A stretch of DNA of 64,000 nt. It comes from the human T2T-CHM13v2.0 reference genome, Homo sapiens. The notes below the pieces were generated by a model, which ran no database searches, was not told the origin of the DNA, and saw nothing but the letters and a program-made list of their open reading frames with translations. The translations under genes and the position numbers were made by a program. Positions within the stretch are counted from its first letter, which is position 1, and each line of letters begins with the position of its first letter. Positions 16,971 through 30,621 of this stretch are shown here, piece after piece. The stretch lies in assembly GCF_009914755.1 (NCBI RefSeq), contig NC_060929.1; one strand, given 5' to 3'.

Positions 16971-18129
16971 CACCTCAGGAGAGTTAGAAGCCTTGGGCAT
17001 ATTACCAGTGGCAGACCCTAATTTCTATAAAGAGCTGAGACTAGGGCATGATGGTGAGAAGATGGAAAAATTGCTCTTTCTATTCCTCAGGGACTTAAGT
17101 CTCTCTTTGAGAAGACTGGTTATTTGTTCTGGGAACAAAACTAAAAAAAAAAAAAAGAAAAAAGAAAATCACACGTACATAAACCAAAACCACAATAATA
17201 GATCATTTAATTCTAGGAATTAAATAATCAATCATTTTGGGAATATACTATGAAATAACTTGAATGCAGATATTCTCAATTAAAAAGATAAGTATTCTGT
17301 TTATATACGTTGGTTTTATATTTGATAAGTGTTAAGTTTCTGAAGATCCTTTTGGTTTTGGTGGGGAGCAGAATGAGGATAGAGAGAATTGTTTCTTTAT
17401 GTGTAGATTTATACCATATATCATTCAGGACTGTACTCACTATGGTACCATCCTAATATGAGGACTGAAGGACCAGGGATAAACTGGTGTATGCCCAGTG
17501 AATCTAATGTACTCAATAATTTATTTCTGCAATGAGTATTTAAACCCCATGGTGGTACATGATGGAGATACAAAGGCAAGCAAGAATAAGCGAGATGGCT
17601 TCCTTAGGAAGACTTCAGTCTAGATAGATACCTTGATCAAAGAATGACGCAGATATATGTACAAGGACAACTGCGCCAAGGACTTCGATGGTAAGGTCCC
17701 TTGTGCCAGGCAAATGTCTAAGAGGGGTATTTGGCATGGTCTGGGCTGAGTTGGTGGTAGCCATGGGAGGCATGACCTGGGAAACCCCAACAGAGCTGCT
17801 GGGCAGGGAGGGTGGTGTAGGTGGGGAGTATTGAAGGCAGGAGGAACAGGAGCCTTCAGGGACTGAAGGCGTGGTAGGTCCAAGAAAGCCAAGAAGGCTG
17901 GCTGAGACTGGAAGACAAACACCGGAAGGGCCTGTGGTGGGAGCTTACAGGAGAGGCAGGGCAGGATGTGCAGGGCTTCGGGCCAGAGCAACATACCTAG
18001 TCTTACTTCCTAAGTATATTGGGAAGCCACTGAACAGTTCTAAGTCAGAGTGTAATGTTATTCCCATCCAAATTTTGCAATGATTGCTTTGGCTGCTATG
18101 TGGAGAAGATATTTGAGAAGTGAGAGAGG

Positions 18130-18450
<321 letters not shown>

Positions 18451-19364
18451 GAAGAGATTGCATGTGGGGAGACCTGTTGGGGAGGTTCCTGCAGAGGCCA
18501 GTTGAGAAATGAAGTGGGTTTAGAACAGGATGCCCACAGTGGAGAGGCACGCTGACCTGAGAACTTGGCTTAGTCTGGCAATGAGAGAACCAAACTCTGT
18601 GTGTTGCCAACGGATGCATCCCTGCTCTTTATGGGCTGAGAGTTCTGTAGGAGGCAGAGAGAAATTAGACATTTGCAAAACCTCAGGAGTAGGGGTGGTA
18701 TGATATGGTCCATCGAAATTTAGGCTGTAAATTGGTGAAAAGAAGATGGGGAGGAAGTTGAGGTGAAAGTACTCAAAAATGGGATTATGTTCATTAAACC
18801 AGTCAAATGTGGTTTGTGCTGAATGCTGACAGTGTTGGATTAGGATTTGTCCCCCGCACTTTTTCTTGCAAGCAATGCTTGATGGGCGTAGTGATCATAA
18901 AACATCTTTGTTTCTTGGCATTTATAAAAAGAAATACATTTTTAGCATACAGCAAGTTGCCTTGAGCAGCTTAAAATGAGAGCCTTTTCAAGTGAAGGTT
19001 ATATTGAGGATTCAGCTCAGCTAATGAAGGTAAGAACGGGTTTCAAGTCTAGCCTTATGCTTCCTGGAATGGCCCTGGCCCCTCACACATTCCACCCACC
19101 AACCACATTGCTCCCAACACCTACTTCCCCACAGGATTGCTATAAGCCCTTGGACAAATCATTTAGCCTTCCTTAATTGACTTGTGCTTAAAATGGAAGG
19201 GACCTGGCTCTTAAAGTCTCTTTTACCTCTAGGATATTTGATTCCACACAACAAGAATCTTTAATTCCCGGAGTGCTGTGCTGTATTTTATGTGCCCATG
19301 TGCTCTTTTGAATCATGGGCGACTTTATTACTTAACATTCACTGTCGTGGTTTCTGGTGGATCC

Positions 19365-19704
<340 letters not shown>

Positions 19705-20710
19705 TGAAAACCACTGCAGCTTCACGGAGGTATCTTCCTTTCTCTCTCCCAATTTACTTCAATCCACAAATGACTGAATATGTGCTTGTTGAGCACCTGG
19801 CCCAATGTGTACCCTACATTGTGTTCTTGGCTGTCACTCAGTTCATTGTCAAGGCACTCTTGGGAGGCAGGGGGTATATCAGAGGAATCAGAGGCTCACA
19901 GAAACTAAGCAACTTGCTCAAGTTTATGCAGCAAAAATAAGATAGCAGACTGCTGTCAAACCCAAGACTTCTGATTCTATGTCCAGGGTTTGTTTTTGTT
20001 ATTGTTTCTCTAAATTGATGTTTCCCAAAGTGGGAGACTCACTCTCCAGGTGTAAACCCAAGCTGGTTTTAGATGGTTCGTGGAGAAGGCAGGAAAAGGA
20101 ATACTGAATCACATGACAGGAAAGTTGTTTTCTTTTCAATTCTCTCTCAAACATCCTGTTTAGTCAAGTAGAAAATGGGCTTGGTGTGAATGTGCCTTTC
20201 GTATGTGTTGAATATTTGCTAATCTCCCATCTTAACAGAGAGCTGGTCTCAGGCTTAGCAGCCTCAATAGCAACAGGGTTTAGCAAGAACTTAATAAGAT
20301 ATTTTTATTTCATATTCTATTTTTGGAACATGATATTGTTTTTCTTCACATTGGCGATATAAATTTGCCTTTTAAGGAAAAAAATTAAGGGGGAAATAAA
20401 GAAAAGTACTGGATAAATTAGAGTTCAGGTGTCTGAGTATAATGATACAAATCATGCCTGTACATCCATGGAATGAGGCTGGGAGCAGCTCTCCATTTAT
20501 TCATGCTGCCTCCCTCACTCACGGGACACGCGGGGCTTCGTGTGATCATCGTGACACTAAGTTCTGAATCTGCTCTTTATTTATTTCCCTTAGAAATATA
20601 TAGAAGCAATTATAATGAAAGCCATACTTGCCCTTAGGACCATTGAGGTGTCCTTCTTAAGCATACATTTTATAACTGAAATCAACCCAAGCTAGTAATG
20701 GAGTCTTAAA

Positions 20711-21324
20711 ACCTAGAAAAAATATGTAAGTTTATTGCAAAAGATAATATCCCGTTTAAAACAGTTTAGAAATTTACAAAACCTTACATCAGTACATCGT
20801 CTTTAAGAAGGTGCTCTATAGATGAGCTGGTATTAAGTTCCAAGGATAGTGAGTATGCATTTATGCATTGCTTTTTAAACTACAGAGAAAGCAGCTACAT
20901 AAACTCCTGCAATTTAAGTTGATGTATTGGTCTTTTTCCTTTCAATTTTATAAAAGTAATTTTTGCTAAGTTAATATCTCTCCAGCAAACCAGATAACCT
21001 CAAGTACAGCATTTCTGTAGAATATCATGGTAGATGTTACGTAATATTTTACAAAGAAGCAGTGATTTTCACATGAATAAGTGAGTATGCAGTTTTGGTA
21101 TATGTGTGTGTGGTGTTTTAAACATAGAGACGACCGTTTTTGTTCATCAGGAAAATGTTTATGGAATCCTATTTCCTCATAATGATTTTAAATATCAATT
21201 TTTCAGAAGAGAACTCCTTCCCAGTTTCAGGTCAGTGGCCCAAGCAATGCGGTGTTGTGCTTTGGTGTAGAATCAGTACAGCCTTGTTTGGCTGTATTTC
21301 TAGAAATGTCAACATTTTATTTAT

Positions 21325-21357
<33 letters not shown>

Positions 21358-23681
21358 GTTGGGGAAGTGCAGAAAATGTCAACATTTTCTAGTCCCAGTT
21401 TTATTTAATTCAGTTAAGGGTTCATGTGAGGGCCTCAACTGGAAACATATCTATGACCACATCAGCTTATTAATTTTGTGTGAGGTACCTCAAACATCTC
21501 TTTATCTTCCCAGGCTAACTTTGGCCAGTAATCCAGCTCAGCTCTGAGTCACTCAGCTCACATAATGTGGAACGTGCTAAGAGTTTATAAAGTAGGAAAG
21601 CATATGTTCTCATCTGTATTCAAGAATGGACAAACAGGCCGGGAAATTTAAGCCATTTGCCAAAGGCTAGTGGTATAGACTGCTTGGTTGCCTGGATCTC
21701 TTAATTCTGGGAACAGGGTTATTTACATTCTAGCATGATGCCCGAGAATATAAATTCACATGAAATTAGCGTAAGCAAAGCAAATTAAGATGGAAGCTCT
21801 ACTACAAGATAAAATTACATAAGAGGTCCCAAATGATTTCACTTTATTGGATTATCCTCTATTCTGTTCTTTTCCATTGCTGGGGCCAACTGACAGTTGA
21901 TCGTATGGATACAGGAAAAAAAAAATCTGTGGCTTTTAGCCAGTGGTAGCATATCTTATTGAAATGTGGCTTCTTAAGTATGACAAGTGTATTTATCTTA
22001 ATTCTAACATGACGTTATATATTCCGGTCTGATTCTGTGCGCTTAAACATTACACTAGAAACAGAACAAGAACATCTTGAATGACATTCCAAGACTTAAA
22101 TAGTGCAAGCTGATATTCCTTGCCAAATTTCCCTTTCATTCTCACTGAAATAGCTTTGTTCACTGCATCACTATGACAGGGGAAGGTGAAACCATCGGAG
22201 TGGTTTGCTCAATTAGGCTCAATTTGCAGTGGGGTAGGTACATCCCACGAACACACAGGATTCTGTGCTCTGCAAAGATTCTAGCTTAGACACTGGATCT
22301 TCAGCCAAGGGAATTACAAAATACCTTCTTCGTTTAATGTATGTTTAGTTTCAGGCTCCCTTTCTAGCAATGTCAATCTAACCACATGCTGATAGAGATT
22401 TTAATTCAACCAGAAGGAATCTGAGCCTTTCCATCCTACCCCTCATCCACAAGAGTATATAGCAATTACTTAATTATATTACTTTAGTAGTTTGTTCAGC
22501 CATGCAAGTTTGACTGGATCCACATGTATGTAGGTCTTGTCAACAGAATGAGCCAGACCTTGAATAACTCAGACTTTGGGATGGAAAGATATTTAAACCT
22601 CAAATAGAAAAAACTATATCCTCATCCATAGTCCTGCTAGTTTTTCAATCAGGTGACCATTGTCTGGTCACCAGGAAGGGAGACTGTGTCGATTAATATA
22701 TGTTTGAACCTATCTACACGGCTGTTTCTGGGATGAAGGGATGAGAAACAGTGTTGTGTTTTATCTTAGCCTTATCTATGTTACTCATAAGATGTAACTG
22801 ATGGACAGGTTGCTGGATCTCATGATTTTAAATATTGCAGGTAAGTTAACTATGGAGTCTTAAAGTTCACACCAAAAACAGATTCCACCCATTTGCCAGG
22901 TGGTCTCAGGCCCTAGGCAGAGAAGAAGCATGATGGTTTAGGGTGGGCCCTGGAACAGCTACAACTGCTGAAATCCTCTTTGAATTACACTTATCCAGCA
23001 CAGCCACACCAACAAGTTTATACCCTGGGGTGGCCTGACTCTGCCACAGGCAGAAAGGTGCATGCACCATGAGATGACAGAGCCTTAATTTGGGATCAAG
23101 GGGCTAATTAAAAAGGAAAACAACCCAACACACCAGGGTGATCTTGCATAAGCATTTTATGCCCTGCCCACTTCTCTTGTGCTTATTATGTATGCTGATA
23201 TCTTAGAAAACTGCCAGTTTATCTCATTTTTTTCTATGGTACCTGCTTATAACCTATAACCTCCCTCTACCTTCCGGGTCTGCACAACACTATTTTTTTC
23301 TTTTGGGTTTATGAACCCAGGATGGGAAGGAAGTGCTTGGCATCTTGGAGGTGTTGGAAGGTGTAGTGTGGGGTTTTGCTCGTGGTGGGAATCTGGACTT
23401 AAAACTCAGCATGAGTTCTGGCTGAGTGTGACAGGGAACTTGGCAAGCGGTCACTCTAGTGTCCGTGAAGCCCTCAGCAAGCAGTCGCACGCACTCAGGT
23501 AAGGATCGTGGTCAGGTGTCCAGCAGCGGCTACATCAGCTCCAAGGCTCTTCTGTTTCACAGGCCAAGGGGCTCACAGCCCAGGGCCTTTGCAAAGAAGC
23601 AGGGCAGGCCTTAAGTGCAGTGGATTTCCCATCTCAGGGAAGTGCGTGGAGTTGGGGGGCTGGGGGATGGTCCCAACCAGC
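20711..23681 (-). other. INSYN2B: INSYN2B 3'UTR (~3 kb; distal end inferred)
   Basis: Follows the stop codon; AT-rich with few recognisable repeats; ends after AATAAA at 20731-20736. Confidence 0.65.
20731..20736 (-). terminator. INSYN2B: Candidate poly(A) signal AATAAA of INSYN2B
   Basis: Plus-strand tttatt; a U/GU-rich stretch follows on the minus strand (TTGGGTTGATTT). Alternative AATAAA at 21316, 21400 and 21843. Confidence 0.6.
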
Positions 23682-23933
<252 letters not shown>

Positions 23934-25420
23934 TCAGCCCCAACTAATATGGAAGAGCATGAGCTTTGGGATCAAATCCTAGATCCTTAGGTACCTACTG
24001 GCTCTTTGACCTTGGGAAAGTGATGCCACCTCTCTGAACCTCTAGTTCTTCAGTGATTGAATTGGCACCTGTAATGCCTTCCTCACAGGGATGTTATTAA
24101 GGGTCAGTGAGACCTGATGGCAAGTGTTCTGTAAATATTGGCTCCAGTCTCTCTCTTAATCATTAATGGGGTTTTGGCATGTGTTATGCATGAAAACTGT
24201 CTCATTATTAAAAAATTGAGATAATGCAGAGGAACAGACAAGAAAACTGACAGCTCAGTTTCATTATCTGTAAAATGGGGGTAATAAGAGCACCTATCTC
24301 AAAGGCTTTCTTTGGAATTAATGTGTGTAAACTGAGATAATATAAATGAAATGCTCAGAGTAGTGCCTGGCGTGCGCTAAGTCCTCCGTATGTGTTAGCT
24401 TCTATTACCGCTATCATCATCATCATTAACATAATTTCTACCAATATATTACGTCTTGCTCTTTGAATTGCATCTCAACTTCAAGATATATCTTGGAGAG
24501 CTTTACATGTAAGACTGCCTTGTAGTATTCCTCAATACAGTGTATTTAAATATTCCTCTACTGATGGATGGACATTCCCAACCTCTTTTTCGTTGTTGTT
24601 GTTGTTGGCTATTTTACTTGTGTGTTTTGGTGTCATTAACATACGGACTGCATTGTCCCGTGCTGATTATCACAAACATTGAGGAGGTAAAAGTGAACCT
24701 GTCGCAGAGCAGGGGTCCCTGAGGTCAGGGGAGGTGGGCGTTGAACAGAAGCCTGGCCTGTAGGGAGTGGGTGCTGATGCTGTCTGTGACCTCTGCATGT
24801 CTGGAAGTCAGGCCAGCAGACCTCAGGGACTCTCAGCCTGCTTCCTCACTCTGGTTCACCCTCCCCAGAACCCAGAGAGCCGGGGCAGAAAAAACGAATC
24901 CTCTTAGACATCCCTGTGGGCTGAGCACGGGTTCCCTCTGTCCTTAATTGTCTTTCCTCCATGAGGAGGATTTACTTACAGAGGAGTTTTCAGTGCCAAG
25001 ATGCTTATAAGAAAGCTCTTAAGCTTTTTGATGTGTTTGTTACCTGGTTTCATACCAGGGGTCTCAGAAGGCCCAAGGATGAGGAGCCAGCGTGGGAGTG
25101 TGGGAAGTGGAGGAAACGTGGTCATGAAAACAGTGCATTCTCCTTGTTTAGCCAGAAGGAAAATGAAATGTTGCATCTGGGAGACCAAAGACCCCATGTT
25201 GGTTTATGATGTGGCATGACTGGCCAGTGCCTTTATACCCAGCAAGGGCTGGAAAACAGCTGTCATTAAAGGGACATCTGCCCTTGCTTACTCTCCCCAT
25301 GTCACCTCCCAGGGCCGGGGACCCGAGTTCATGCTGCTGCAAAGGCATGTTGCCGTTGCCATGCATGACGAATGGAGCCCCAAAGAGTGCCTCGTCCCTG
25401 AGCATTCTGAGATGGAAGAG

Positions 25421-25542
25421 GCAGGGCTGAAGAGTCAGAGGGGCGAGGGGGCCTGTTTTATAGCAAGACTGATGGGTTGTTGCAGGGCTGAAGAGTCAGA
25501 GGGGCGAGGGGGCCTGTTTTATAGCAAGACTGATGGGGTGTT
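25421..25542. repeat. 61-bp tandem duplication (2 copies, 1 mismatch)
   Basis: gcagggctgaagagtcagag...gatgggttgtt / ...gatggggtgtt. Confidence 0.95.
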
Positions 25543-26159
25543 AGTTCTTAGGGAGCACTAGGAAAGGGTATCTGATTGTTTTGTTTCTGCATTTTTCATC
25601 CAGGCTTGCTTCTCCTCCACTTACATGCCTTCTCTTTCTGTTCTCTCTGGCCCTCTCTATGGGGACATAATCCTGGCTGGATGACCTATAGGCCATCATT
25701 ATATTAAATTAGAATTGTATTGTGGATGAAACATAGGCTGTGGTTTTTAAAGCAAAGCCCCACAGTTTCACTGTGAGATCTTGCGGAAGTCATTTCCCAC
25801 TTCCAGGCTATGGTGTCCTCATCTGCAAAATGAGTAGTGCCTACGCAAAGGACCTCAGTGAAGCTTAAATGCCATGTGCATATACAACACGCAGCATAGA
25901 GTAGGCACCAAGTATCCAGTCAGTCACTCGACAAACATTTATTGAGCATCTTCTTTGTGGCAGGCCCTGTTCTGGCTGCTGAGGAAGGAATGGTAGGCAG
26001 ACAATCTCCCTGGCCTCCTGGCACTGCTAATCCAGTGAATCTGTGTCCTCAGTGCTGGCATCAGTAGCTGTTAGAGACCTTCTAGCCAAAGCCCAGAATT
26101 TGCCAGGCCAGTGGGCAGAGGCATGTGCAGACTCACATACTGACTGTCTATTTCAGGAG

Positions 26160-26816
26160 TCTCTATTTCAGGAAAAACTCTGAAACCATGTTTTTCCTCT
26201 GCTCTCACACCACAACAACCATCAACACAGAAGAAGACTTCTATGACCAAATGTGTGGGAGTTTCTCCCCACTACCAAGCAGTGGCCACCAGTTGGGTGT
26301 CTTCCAATTCAGTTCCAGTACTATCTACCCAGAGATAGCATCAGATTCCATAGATTGGGGGCTCAATCCCACAAGACTTCCCCCCACTTACAAGTCCGGG
26401 ACCTTGGAACTTCTGACTGACTAGCTTCAAGTTGGGGTTCCCAAAACCCCTTCTTTGGGTTTGATTAATTTGCTGGAGTGGTTCACAGAACTCAGGGAAA
26501 CACTTCCTTACGTTTACTGGTGTATCATAAAGGATATTGCAAAGGATACAGATGAAGAGATGTGTGGGGGCTTCAGCCCCTGTGTAGCACTCATTCCTCC
26601 AGGGTATGGGCAGGACCCACTCTGGAATCAGTCTCTTGACCCACAATCAGATTAGATTCCGGCCTTAGGCAGGTGACAGGAGGACAGGAGAAGGTCAGAG
26701 AAAGAGACTTTGTTTCCTGAGGCCTGCTCCTGAGGCCTAACTCACCCAACGTGATAACAAAAGATTGTAACAAGGGCTATGGGAGTTATGAGCCAGGAAC
26801 CATGGGTGAAAACCTC

Positions 26817-26851
<35 letters not shown>

Positions 26852-27137
26852 GTCTGTCTGTCTATCTATTGATCCATCCATCTATCATCTATCTAATCTA
26901 TCATCTATTATCTATTTATCTATCTATCATCTATCATCTATCATGTATCTATCATCTATCAGTATCTATTATCTATCATCTATCTGTCATCTATCGTTAT
27001 CTATCCATCTATCATGTATCATTATCTATCATCTATCTATCTATCTATCTACCTCTAGCATCTATTTGTCTCTATCTATTGATCCCCCCACACACATAGA
27101 TCGCACACATACACACATATATAATCATAACATCACA
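26160..27137 (-). mobile_element. MER21-family LTR containing an expanded microsatellite
   Basis: ctctcacaccacaacaaccatcaacacagaagaagacttc; gggagttatgagccaggaaccatgg; terminal cataacatcaca. Confidence 0.75.
26815..27080. repeat. (TCTG)n/(TCTA)n degenerate tetranucleotide repeat
   Basis: Seen directly. Confidence 0.95.
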
Positions 27138-27846
27138 GTCTCTTCTTCCAGGAGGCATCACCTGGTACTGCACCCCTATTTGTCTGGGGTGTGGTGGAGT
27201 GGGTTTCTGTCTGCACCACCTATACTTCATTCTCCCCAGTGGAAACTGGAGATGGATTGAGAGCCTAGGCAACCCCTGCATTGCAGCAAGGAAGGACTTT
27301 AACATGGTGAGTTGCAAGCTCTGATTCTCGCCCCTCTAGCACCAGGAACACACATAGTTCACAGATAGGGAACATCTATATTCACAATGCTCCTAGCTCC
27401 TGAAATAGCCCTGCCCTCCCTACTGTGACAGAAAAACAGTCTTCATCATAGAGTACCAGATAGAGCCAAAGAGAGTGGGTACCCCCTCTAAGATTTTAGG
27501 AGTCTAAGATTTTCTTGTACAAAACATTCCATCCATCATCAGTCCATCCTGCTCTGGGCCTGACACTGTACCAGGTTCCAGGAACACAACAGTAAGTTAG
27601 ACAGATGTGGATACTGTCCCCAGTGTGTTTGAGATAGGTGATTAAGTAACAATTGCTTTCAAAATGTACTTCTTATTTCTCTGAACTACTCCTACTTTCC
27701 AATTCTTCATCCATATGCTTCCACCAAATTATATGAATACACACATGCACCAACTGCCTTCCTCTCCTTATATGTGAAGTGTCTCTGACTTCATAATTCA
27801 AATAAACAAACAATGACAACAAACCAGCTGAGTTTGACAAGATTTA

Positions 27847-28170
<324 letters not shown>

Positions 28171-29967
28171 ATGATATTAATGCTCTGGATGATTCTAGAA
28201 TGTGTATGGAACTTGCAGGCCTGGGTAGAAAAGACCGGGAGATGGAACGGAAACTTTATCTCACCATCACAACTTGAAGCCCAGCCCAACATAGAGGATG
28301 GAGTGAGGGCCCCAGAGCTGAATGCTCTTGGGTTTGAATGGAGGCTGCAGCACTTCCTGGCTGGGTGACCCTGGGCAAGTTTCTTCTCTTCCCACGGCTC
28401 AGTTGAACTTGGGAGTTACACTAGCTTCCTCGCTGGGTGGCTGTGCAGATGGGATGCAATAGCAGCTGAAATCACTGCACATGGAACACTGTCTTGGCCC
28501 ACTCCACTCTTCCTCACTAGGTCCTTTGCCTTCCCATCTCAGCTCCTCGCATCAACCTTCAGCTCTTCAGTAGCTGCGCACCTTACCAGCAGCATCACTC
28601 CTCACCCCTCCCCACCATCTACATTCAGGGAAGAACACACTCTTTATGTTTCTATGGAAACACAGCAGGGTTTCATTATAATCACTGGGATTTAGGGAGC
28701 TCCCCACTCCCCTCTTGTGACTGCCCCCACTGGTCTTGAACAATTTAAAGGGGATTGAAAGTAACTTTCTTTTCAAGGCCAGGCAAATAGCAGAATATGG
28801 AGAAGTGTGTGTGCTTCGGAAAGAAATTGATTAATGTTTTTTAGGCCAAAGCAATTTATTAACATAAAGGAAAATTGCCACTTTTCTTTTTATTCATCCG
28901 TTTGACACACTACAGTTTGGAAGGGAGGAGAGGGAGTATATTTTGCTTTGGTGGCAGCTGCCTTATAAATGGGGAGGGACAGAGCCCTCTCATCTGCTTT
29001 TTATCTTGAGGCTGGGTAGAAAAGAGAAGATGCATTTCTACTTCTTACTTAGCTACTACACCATGCTTAGCAACCCCTTGCAAAAAGGAGTAAGTTGCCA
29101 ACTTGGTGAAAATTGAAGTTAATTCTTAGCAGAGCGTTGTTTGCAGACAGTGGGAGAGACTCTCTGCTTTGGGTTTCAGCCCAAGGATCCAAATAGCACA
29201 CCAATAACTTTTCTGACCTCACCTCGCTTTCACTGCTTCCACCTACTCTCTGTACCCTCCCATCCTTACCATCTTCCACCATCCATATTTCACATATGCT
29301 GTATATTCCATGCAGGATCGTAAGAAGGAAGATAGGTGCAGAGTGCTGAGTTTGCAGAACCCTGGCTTACAGTGGAGGGCAAATAGTAGTTAAGAAATTG
29401 TTACAATGCAAAATTCCGGACACGAGCCCTTGAGATAGTCCAGGGCATTCATGGTATGTGAGTTGGTCTTCCTGAGGATGCATGGGACATGGGACCTGTG
29501 GTTTAGGGATGCTCAGTTAACTGCCTGAGGTGCCTTAGAGCCCTTCACATCCAAGGAGATGTCTGAACACGGAGCCACGTTGCATTTAGAGAGTGAGCTA
29601 TGTGTAAACCAGAAATGGTAAGAACTTTCAGGTTTCCCTCTTGGGGGTACCTCACTAATCTGGCTTACAGATCAGTGCTCCAGCCATCATGCTCGCTGAA
29701 AAGCAGAAAGATGTTTTTCTAGGTAATTGGAAGCAGCAAGAGCCCCAAGTCATGACTTGGCTGGAAGAAGAAACAGTGAGTAACAAATAGCAAAAAATAG
29801 ATAAGCTCATGAGCAAACAACAGAGCGAGGTTCTGGATGCAGGATCTTGGCTGGGTAAACTGAAGTTGGGTGAGCCAAAAGGAGATAAAAATTGATGTAG
29901 AAAGAAATAACAGAAGCCTCTCAGTTGTATATAACTTTTGAATTTGCAAAGTATTTTAGATCTGTGG

Positions 29968-30126
29968 TTTTTTTTCTTCTTTTTTTAATTTTTTGATTTT
30001 TTAAAATTTTATTATTATTATACTTTAAGTTTTAGGGTACATGTGCACGATGTGCAGGTTTGTTACACATGTAAACATGTGCCATGTTGGTATGCTGCAC
30101 CCATTAACTCATCATTTAGCATTAGG
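29968..30126 (-). mobile_element. Severely 5'-truncated L1PA 3' end (~120 bp plus tail) with TSD
   Basis: tattattatactttaagttttagggtacatgtgcac...catttagcattagg; flanks tctgtg(g)ttttt on both sides. Confidence 0.88.
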
Positions 30127-30250
30127 TCTGTGTTTTTATTTTATCCTCATGATAGCCCAGGAAGATAGGAAGGTTGTTGCCCATTTAAACAGACAAGCAA
30201 GTTGGCAAAGGGAAGTCATACTGTAAGTTACAAGCAGAATCTAAACCCTA

Positions 30251-30621
30251 TGTCTTAGTCTGCTTGGGTTGCTATAACAAAATACTACAGACTGGGTGGC
30301 TTATACATACATACATACATACACTTTATTTCTCACAGTTCTGGAGGTGGGAAGTTGAAAATCAAAGTGCTGTTAGTTGGGTGTCTGGTAAGGGCCCTCT
30401 TCCTGGTCTACAGACAGCTGTATTCCCTTGCTGTGTCCTCACGTGGCAGAAAGGGGAGAGGGACCTCTCTGAGTTCTCTTTATAAGGGCACTAATCCCAT
30501 TCACGAGGACTCCAAGTTCATGACCTAATCACCTTCCAAAGTTTCTACCTCCAAATATCATCACATGGGGCATTAGGAATTAATCTGAATTTGAAGGGTA
30601 CACAAACATTCAGTCTATTCA
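30251..30621 (-). mobile_element. MLT1A-like MaLR LTR
   Basis: tgtcttagtctgcttgggttgctataacaaaatac...ttctcacagttctggagg...acattcagtctat. Confidence 0.8.

Noticed and set aside
26751-27260. 169-aa S/I/Y/L-rich ORF
   Set aside because: Translation of a (TCTA)n microsatellite.
28582-28620. Strong minus-strand donor-like CTG|GTAAGG suggesting an extra INSYN2B exon
   Set aside because: No convincing matching acceptor, and the 535-aa frame is complete without it.
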